IMG/VR virus record: IMGVR_UViG_3300024239_000015
Coordinates: 62,001 to 126,000 of that record
DNA length: 64,000 nucleotides
Direction: 5' to 3' (one strand)
The translations under genes and the position numbers were made by a program. The notes beneath the pieces are model-generated. The model did no database searches. It saw nothing but the letters and a program-made list of their open reading frames with translations, and had not been told where the DNA came from. Below, piece by piece: positions 58,509-64,000 of the stretch. Positions within the stretch are counted from its first letter, which is position 1; every line of letters begins with the position of its first letter.

Positions 58509-59236
58509 TCGAACAATTTCCTTATTGGTAGTTTGTGGAAGTGTAAGAGGTGTTTCATTTCCTCTTCGGTGTATTCTTTCTCACACAACACGACTAAACT
58601 GAGGTTCTGTGTGTTGATGCGGTACAGACGGGACTTATCCACGCGTTCACTTACTCGCGTTTGGTACACGTGGTCAGGTGTGTTTAATACTCCAACTTCA
58701 ATAATTTGGAATTCCAAACTACGTATCGCTCGTCTGAGGTACGCGTGATCTTCTTCTGCAATCACGTAAGGTACTAGATCTTCTTCTACTGTTATGTAGG
58801 GAAAAGCGTTCCGCGATACTTGTTCGTACAACTCGTTCTCTAACTCTTTGAGAGGACGATACATTTCACAAAGGTTCTCTCCGTATTCAAATTCATACCA
58901 ACGGTGTGCGGTTCTGTAATGGCTACCGTCGTCCTTCTCGACAGGTTTGGTTGCTGAGAAAATAGACAGCGCCATACGACGACTATTCACACCAGAGACG
59001 TACTCGGCGGTAGAGAGTTTCTGACACTCAGGACAAAGCATACAACCGATGTCCTCTCCTAATGACTTCAGTTGTCTTTGCTCGGACTGTCGTTCTTGAT
59101 GGCTTTCTAAAATGAATGCTTTAATGCAGCATGAAGGGTAACCGTAATAGATACCACGGTAGACCCAATTTATCAAACGCCAAGCGCCTAATTGTGAAGC
59201 ATTTACTTTTAATTGGTTTAATTCGATTTCATTCAT
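58505..59236 (-). CDS. Hypothetical protein with GYPxCC / CxxC putative Zn motif
   Basis: GIYYGYPSCCIKAF...LCPEC; first gene after the early promoter. Confidence 0.6.
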   Translation of the reverse strand: MNEIELNQLKVNASQLGAWRLINWVYRGIYYGYPSCCIKAFILESHQERQSEQRQLKSLGEDIGCMLCPECQKLSTAEYVSGVNSRRMALSIFSATKPVEKDDGSHYRTAHRWYEFEYGENLCEMYRPLKELENELYEQVSRNAFPYITVEEDLVPYVIAEEDHAYLRRAIRSLEFQIIEVGVLNTPDHVYQTRVSERVDKSRLYRINTQNLSLVVLCEKEYTEEEMKHLLHFHKLPIRKLFE

Positions 59237-59269
59237 GGGAACCTCGATGTCTTAGAGTTGACTTGTCCC

Positions 59270-59300
59270 AACGATGATATATACCTGTATTTAATTCCAT
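59270..59300 (-). promoter_or_regulatory. Putative phage early promoter
   Basis: Minus strand GGAATTAAATACAGGTATATATCAT. Confidence 0.6.
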
Positions 59301-59306
59301 AGGGAC

Positions 59307-59335
59307 AAAAAAAAGAGGAGACCGAAGTCTCCTCT
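59307..59335 (-). terminator. Intrinsic terminator
   Basis: AGAGGAGAC-TTCG-GTCTCCTCT plus U-tract on the minus strand. Confidence 0.8.
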
Positions 59336-59345
59336 ACGCACATCA

Positions 59346-59690
59346 CTAAAAGAACACATCCGTCGTGTAGTCAATACGAATCGATAAACGTACCGGAGAC
59401 ACTCCCTCGGCTGTCTGCGCGTACATCACTGGCTCTCCTTCTAACGTGAGGGAGATTGTGTTGTGTTCTCTTTTCAACTTCACCCAAACAACCAGAGTAT
59501 GTACGCCATCGCCACTCTTTGCCACGATTTTCAAACCGATCGGTTTATACCCTACGACCAACCCGTTGTACGTATCGCATTGAACGACGTTGGGTTGGCC
59601 TAACGGAGTATTTATTAGTTCGGTCGATACAACCGTCAGTAGGTTAACGTCTTCTGCCAAAGCAGAGACTGAATTGAAAGTGATGTTCAT
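59346..59690 (-). CDS. Hypothetical beta-rich protein
   Basis: 114 aa, AGGAG RBS. Confidence 0.6.
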   Translation of the reverse strand: MNITFNSVSALAEDVNLLTVVSTELINTPLGQPNVVQCDTYNGLVVGYKPIGLKIVAKSGDGVHTLVVWVKLKREHNTISLTLEGEPVMYAQTAEGVSPVRLSIRIDYTTDVFF

Positions 59691-60021
59691 TCTGGTCTCC
59701 TAGTTTTGTGGTACGAACACCCAATCCGTCGTTAGTCGTAAAAAACATCTCTGGGACCGGCGTGCCAACAACAGGACGACAAAGTATTTGTACTCTGCTC
59801 ACTTCCTGTCGCTTGCTATTCACAGTGAGTTCAAAGTCGGCTGTGTGAGTTTCACCGCGATAGTCCACCATAGCACGAATCTGCAACACGTCACCATCGT
59901 TAGCAACCAAAGGAAGCGGCGTTTGGATTCTGAGCACAGGTATGTTCGATACTTCTGTGCTAGGATTTCTGGGAGTCAGTAACTCCATAGAAAAACGTTT
60001 TAAATCTACTTTTACATTCAT
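59644..60021 (-). CDS. Hypothetical beta-rich protein
   Basis: 125-aa ORF. Confidence 0.6.
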   Translation of the reverse strand: MNVKVDLKRFSMELLTPRNPSTEVSNIPVLRIQTPLPLVANDGDVLQIRAMVDYRGETHTADFELTVNSKRQEVSRVQILCRPVVGTPVPEMFFTTNDGLGVRTTKLGDQNEHHFQFSLCFGRRR

Positions 60022-60024
60022 AGT

Positions 60025-60558
60025 TTAGTTACCCTTCTGCTGTGCTAGAATCTCGGATTCCTTGGTAAACCAATTTAGGGTGTTTGTTTTCTCTATGACT
60101 TCAGAGATCGGGCGTGACGGTAGGTCATTAAACATCTCTTTGCATAACAACACAGTACCGCGAAAGACACGATCCACACTGACAAACACCAACGGCCCTT
60201 CTCGGTGATGGAACCGGATCTCTTTCTGCTCCCACCCGTGTAGGTGAAATAAACCGACTGGACTTAACTGGAAAAGTTCCACGTCTGTCAGTAAGGCTCT
60301 CGGTAGAGGGAGATATGCCGGGTATTGCAAGATCGGACGCATTGTCTGTTTGTGTTTACGGTCCTTCGCTCTGTCTTTTACCAGCTGAGCGTAACGTTCT
60401 TTGCGAAGGTTTGTGTTAAACTTACGAGCGTGCCGTTTCACACGTCTGAGGAGTAACTCCCTTTGACTTTCGTGGTAGTTCTCCTCTACTAAAGAGAGTA
60501 GTTCTTTATACCGTTCTATAGATAGGACTACTAGCTGAGGATTTGGATTTACGTTCAT
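60025..60558 (-). CDS. Hypothetical protein
   Basis: 177 aa, AGGAG RBS. Confidence 0.6.
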   Translation of the reverse strand: MNVNPNPQLVVLSIERYKELLSLVEENYHESQRELLLRRVKRHARKFNTNLRKERYAQLVKDRAKDRKHKQTMRPILQYPAYLPLPRALLTDVELFQLSPVGLFHLHGWEQKEIRFHHREGPLVFVSVDRVFRGTVLLCKEMFNDLPSRPISEVIEKTNTLNWFTKESEILAQQKGN

Positions 60559-60562
60559 TCGT

Positions 60563-60916
60563 TTATTGCTCCTTAATTACAGCAGCTTTGAGTACCGGTT
60601 CAACTGTTAGCTTCACATCGGCCTGCGAGGCATTCTGGCCAGCCGATAGAAAAGAAGCAGCACCGCCAGCGACAATGAAGTTAGTTACGTCACTGGGTAC
60701 TGGAATCACGCTAAATGTGTACACGAAAGGAGTTTTCTTTCCTTGGTGCTCTAATTCACCGTGAAGATAGCCTAACTCAAAAACTGGTATTACCAGCGGG
60801 AGTTGAGTTTGATAGTGCACCACTAATGATTCTTCGGGAATCCTGCGGGCGCCTATCTTTTCGTCAACCATTACGACCGCAAAACTATCAACGGTTATTT
60901 CTACCTTCTGGTTCAT
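60563..60916 (-). CDS. Hypothetical beta-rich protein
   Basis: 117 aa, ATGA coupling. Confidence 0.6.
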   Translation of the reverse strand: MNQKVEITVDSFAVVMVDEKIGARRIPEESLVVHYQTQLPLVIPVFELGYLHGELEHQGKKTPFVYTFSVIPVPSDVTNFIVAGGAASFLSAGQNASQADVKLTVEPVLKAAVIKEQ

Positions 60917-61773
60917 TCTGGATTCCCATTAGGACGCAACGCCCTTGCAAAGCCGTACACGTATGGGTTTAAGTCTTCCTGTCCGTCGGGTTGAGGTTTT
61001 AACTTAAAGCCATTGCGGAGTGCTAACTCGCGGATTTGGTCATTCGTCCACTGGAACGCCACACCAGCCGCTTTGAGTTGTCTCAAGATAAAACTCACGT
61101 ACTTGATCTGGTGGAAACAATCGTGCAGGGAGTCGTGAGGCTCTCCTTCGAAAGTTAAAGTTTTCTTCGGGTTGATTCCAAAGAGATACCCTACTTCTAC
61201 GACAGTACGGACGTCGAGTTCTTTAAAGAACTTCCATGGCAGTGGTACACCAGAGACTTCAAACGCATTCGCGAGTATCCCTAAATCAAACCGAGCGCCG
61301 TTCCCCCAGAGGACGGCGTCTTTGCCGATTTCATTCAGGAACACCGCAACGAGGTGAAGCGCATCTTCTAACTCTAACCCGTTCTCTAACGTACGAGATA
61401 ACGGAAGACGTGTAGTATCGGGTTGTCTTAACCACCACGCTACAGTACCACCGTTTATTTTTAAACCCGCTTTGAGTAAGCTGTCTAAACGAATCGGCAC
61501 TTTTAAGAACAGACCAGACTCTCCTGTAAAGCGATTAAACTGCACTAAGGAGATCTCTACAAACGCAGCTTGTGAGCTCAGTCCTAACGTCTCGATGTCC
61601 ACCATGACGTCTTTCCAGTCGAACTGTGCGACTTCTCCTTTAAGGAGCATGTGTAGCCCTTCAAAGAAGTTTTCGTGGTACCACTTGTCTGTCTTGAGTT
61701 GGATACAGACTTCGTCCTTTTGGAAGTTCCGTGTCTGTAGGTTCAAACGGGGGTGTTGGGTTGCTTCACTCAC
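60913..61773 (-). CDS. DEDDh 3'-5' exonuclease (exonuclease VIII/DexA-like) with extra C-terminal module
   Basis: ExoI MVDIETLG, ExoII WGNGARFD, ExoIII HDSLHD. Confidence 0.8.
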   Translation of the reverse strand: MSEATQHPRLNLQTRNFQKDEVCIQLKTDKWYHENFFEGLHMLLKGEVAQFDWKDVMVDIETLGLSSQAAFVEISLVQFNRFTGESGLFLKVPIRLDSLLKAGLKINGGTVAWWLRQPDTTRLPLSRTLENGLELEDALHLVAVFLNEIGKDAVLWGNGARFDLGILANAFEVSGVPLPWKFFKELDVRTVVEVGYLFGINPKKTLTFEGEPHDSLHDCFHQIKYVSFILRQLKAAGVAFQWTNDQIRELALRNGFKLKPQPDGQEDLNPYVYGFARALRPNGNPE

Positions 61774-62245
61774 GGGTGGTCTCCTGTATAGGTTTTAACA
61801 CTACTGGGCTGAATTTAATCAGTCGAGTAGCTTTATTTTCATAGAGCTCCGTGTCAAGTAACAACACGAACGAACCATCGGTTTGTTTTGCAAGTACCGC
61901 CTGAAAAGGAGAGAAGGACTCCCCTTTCAAGATCTTACTTTTCGAATAACCGATAAGTGCTCCCATGGCGGTAGCGGACAAAGTGAAACACGTGTGGTTG
62001 AATGGAGTGAGGCCAAACCGAGGAATAGCAGCTTGAACAAACTCTTTGACTAAACCATCGGCTGTGTCGGTCTCTTCGTACTCTAAAGCAACGGTTTCTT
62101 TCAGCTGAATATCGTGGTCTCCTACTAAAGGGGTAACGAACACCCCTTGATACACGAAGGGTTGGTCTTCTTCAAGTAACCGACGACGAAGCATATCCGC
62201 TTCGCTAAAGTCTTTGTTCTTAGTGATGGATACGACGTTGTCCAT
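61766..62245 (-). CDS. Hypothetical protein
   Basis: Likely start MDNVVS (GGAGG RBS). Confidence 0.6.
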   Translation of the reverse strand: MDNVVSITKNKDFSEADMLRRRLLEEDQPFVYQGVFVTPLVGDHDIQLKETVALEYEETDTADGLVKEFVQAAIPRFGLTPFNHTCFTLSATAMGALIGYSKSKILKGESFSPFQAVLAKQTDGSFVLLLDTELYENKATRLIKFSPVVLKPIQETTRE

Positions 62246-62246
62246 T

Positions 62247-62600
62247 CTACTCGCCTCCGCGATAAGTGTACTCAACAGCAAGTTTGAACTTGACCTCTAC
62301 GGGCACAAATTCCAACCCATCGGGCGTAGCGATTGTAAATCCAAGTGGGTCGCCTACCCATTCTAAAAATAAACTACCTGTCCATTTATTGGCTTTGATC
62401 ATCAACGTGGGATCACAAAAACACAACTGGACGTTGTAAAGTCCAGTGACTCGTAAACTTACGGCTTGGTGATCCGACCACCCTTGAGTGAATAACTCTA
62501 GAGAAAGATCTAGAGGAGTCCCATCGAGCATACAGACAGCGAGGTCAGTGATTTGTGCATGTGCTGCGGTTACTTTCAGATCGGTAATTTTGATGTTCAT
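62247..62600 (-). CDS. Hypothetical beta-rich protein
   Basis: 117-aa ORF. Confidence 0.6.
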   Translation of the reverse strand: MNIKITDLKVTAAHAQITDLAVCMLDGTPLDLSLELFTQGWSDHQAVSLRVTGLYNVQLCFCDPTLMIKANKWTGSLFLEWVGDPLGFTIATPDGLEFVPVEVKFKLAVEYTYRGGE

Positions 62601-62620
62601 TTAAACCCCCCCCCTTTGGA

Positions 62621-63148
62621 TCACCAACGATCGGCTATGCTTTTGACCATGACTAACCACTGTTTACGGTACGTTTGTGAAACGATTTGATACGCCAAAC
62701 GTTCATAATACTTCGGTTTATCTGTAGAAAGAAACACGGTATCAAAGTGGTGTCTACAGTGGTCTTCTAAAGTCCTCACTAGCAATTTCCCTACTCCAGA
62801 ACGCTGCCACTGCCACGCTACGCAAAGTTGGTTCAACGAAACGCACTCTGCATCAAACGCACAAGGACTGGCGTTAAGAAAGCCGATCAATACCCCATTG
62901 TCAACGTACACCCCAAGCGTTACACTTTTAGGACGAGTTAGGTCTTCTAGAAAGCGATCAAAGTACTCATTAGCTACAGCACGATTAGTGAGTGTCGTTT
63001 GGTGTGCGCCTAGAAAGATTTCTACAACGCGTTGATGGTCTGTTCCTTCTATGACAGCCACGTAACAGGACGTTGTGTCCGTATCCCGTAAGACGTGCTG
63101 AGTTTGGTGCGCGTCGCTCATTAGGTCCTTCAGTTCAGGTGTGCTCAT
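62621..63148 (-). CDS. GNAT-family acetyltransferase
   Basis: LCV..QWQRSGVGKLL acetyl-CoA motif A; YYERLAY motif B. Confidence 0.8.
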   Translation of the reverse strand: MSTPELKDLMSDAHQTQHVLRDTDTTSCYVAVIEGTDHQRVVEIFLGAHQTTLTNRAVANEYFDRFLEDLTRPKSVTLGVYVDNGVLIGFLNASPCAFDAECVSLNQLCVAWQWQRSGVGKLLVRTLEDHCRHHFDTVFLSTDKPKYYERLAYQIVSQTYRKQWLVMVKSIADRW

Positions 63149-63417
63149 GTTGGTTCCTTTTCTGGTTCAGAAAGTGACTTTAGCCAGTTGATGAATTTCT
63201 CACGCTCCCATCTCGGACTTCCTCCCAATTTAAAATCTGGGAGAGGCACTGCCGTAATATTCCCGCGAGAGTCCCTAAGTGGCACGTAGTCAGGGTGTTC
63301 CGGAGAGTACCGCATCCTCTCCAGAGTACGACGACTAACGCTTAGAAGACGGTATATGTCAGACAGTGTTAAGTACCTCGGTATTTCCCAAGATACACCA
63401 CCGGAAATAATCATCAT
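63145..63417 (-). CDS. Excisionase/AlpA-like HTH DNA-binding protein
   Basis: YLTLSDIYRLLSVSRRTLERM...PLPDFKLGGSPRW. Confidence 0.65.
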   Translation of the reverse strand: MMIISGGVSWEIPRYLTLSDIYRLLSVSRRTLERMRYSPEHPDYVPLRDSRGNITAVPLPDFKLGGSPRWEREKFINWLKSLSEPEKEPT

Positions 63418-63719
63418 TCTACCACCGCCTCGTATAGGTTAAAGGTAATGACCGGCTCTACGCTCCGGTCGGTTAAACGCTCGCTGATGTAACAGAACGG
63501 TCCGTTGTCTGGGTGGTCTAACCACACCACGAGGTTGTTGTTCTCAAAGAAACTCAGCGCTTCGTAATAGTTTCCACGGCTAGGCCAGACGTGGGAGATG
63601 GGTAGTTGTGTGGACAACTGCTTCACTAACGGGTTCAGCGTTTTAAAGTGCGCTCGAAGTACCGCGTCTGTCGTAGGAGAGACGGTGGTACCGATTTTGA
63701 TGTCGACGTATTCGTACAT
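63414..63719 (-). CDS. Hypothetical protein
   Basis: 101 aa, GAGG RBS. Confidence 0.6.
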   Translation of the reverse strand: MYEYVDIKIGTTVSPTTDAVLRAHFKTLNPLVKQLSTQLPISHVWPSRGNYYEALSFFENNNLVVWLDHPDNGPFCYISERLTDRSVEPVITFNLYEAVVE

Positions 63720-63722
63720 GGT

Positions 63723-63908
63723 TCAATCCTCTTCTTCCCAATCGATGCAAGCGGTCGCTACACGAACCGATTCATCGCCACTGTATGGGGTGACCAATGA
63801 ACACTGCAACCACACCCGGTCTTTAGGGGCGCAATAAGGACTATCAAAACAGACGTACGTTTGTCTCCAGGTCAACAAAGGAGCATGGCAGTTGTTCTTC
63901 ACATCCAT
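63723..63908 (-). CDS. Small hypothetical protein
   Basis: 61-aa ORF abutting the next gene. Confidence 0.45.
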   Translation of the reverse strand: MDVKNNCHAPLLTWRQTYVCFDSPYCAPKDRVWLQCSLVTPYSGDESVRVATACIDWEEED

Positions 63909-64000
63909 TGCTTGGGTTATTTTCCACTCAACGCGATGCTGGTGTTTGTGTTGTGGGTTGCGTGTTTCCCAAACGTTACAGACCGCAAAGAAAGTTTCTG

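Noticed and set aside
3087-59335. Recurrent hairpins as a CRISPR array or REP/MITE elements
   Set aside because: Dispersed singly at gene ends, variable in sequence, with no spacers, target duplications or transposase
63145-63417. Evidence of prophage or integration
   Set aside because: No integrase, att site or host genes in the window; the HTH fold alone is insufficient
1-64000. tRNA/rRNA genes, reverse transcriptase, DGR or alternative genetic code
   Set aside because: No cloverleaf or RT motifs recognised by eye; standard-code ORFs tile the window densely. tRNAscan-SE would confirm

Overview
A 64-kb segment of a phiKZ-like jumbo phage (inferred Chimalliviridae-type; no chimallin or tubulin gene lies in this window), probably infecting a gammaproteobacterium. 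The centre (~15.8-52 kb) is the conserved phiKZ-family virion/replication block. It holds the prohead protease (gp175-like), three split virion RNA polymerase subunits (gp178-, gp180- and gp149-like), a giant tail protein with a lytic transglycosylase domain (gp181-like), a gp182-like tail protein, UvsX/RecA, RNase H, a spanin-like pair, an SbcC/Rad50 ATPase and a baseplate spike. The beta' subunit gene is split inside its catalytic DxDGD motif by a 510-nt group I intron with no homing endonuclease; predicted splicing gives an unusual GADNDGD motif. The flanks (1-15.8 kb, 52-64 kb) are dense minus-strand accessory genes: ThyA, a MazG-like pyrophosphatase, a lone QueC-like enzyme, an HNH-like nuclease, a duplicated cluster of two small proteins plus two AAA ATPases, an apparently inactive prohead-protease paralogue, a DEDDh exonuclease, a GNAT and an HTH protein. 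A four-copy early-promoter-like motif and a family of GAGGGAG/CTCCCTC hairpins, often flanked by TATG, recur between genes. All assignments come from motif and synteny recognition by eye; no database searches were run.
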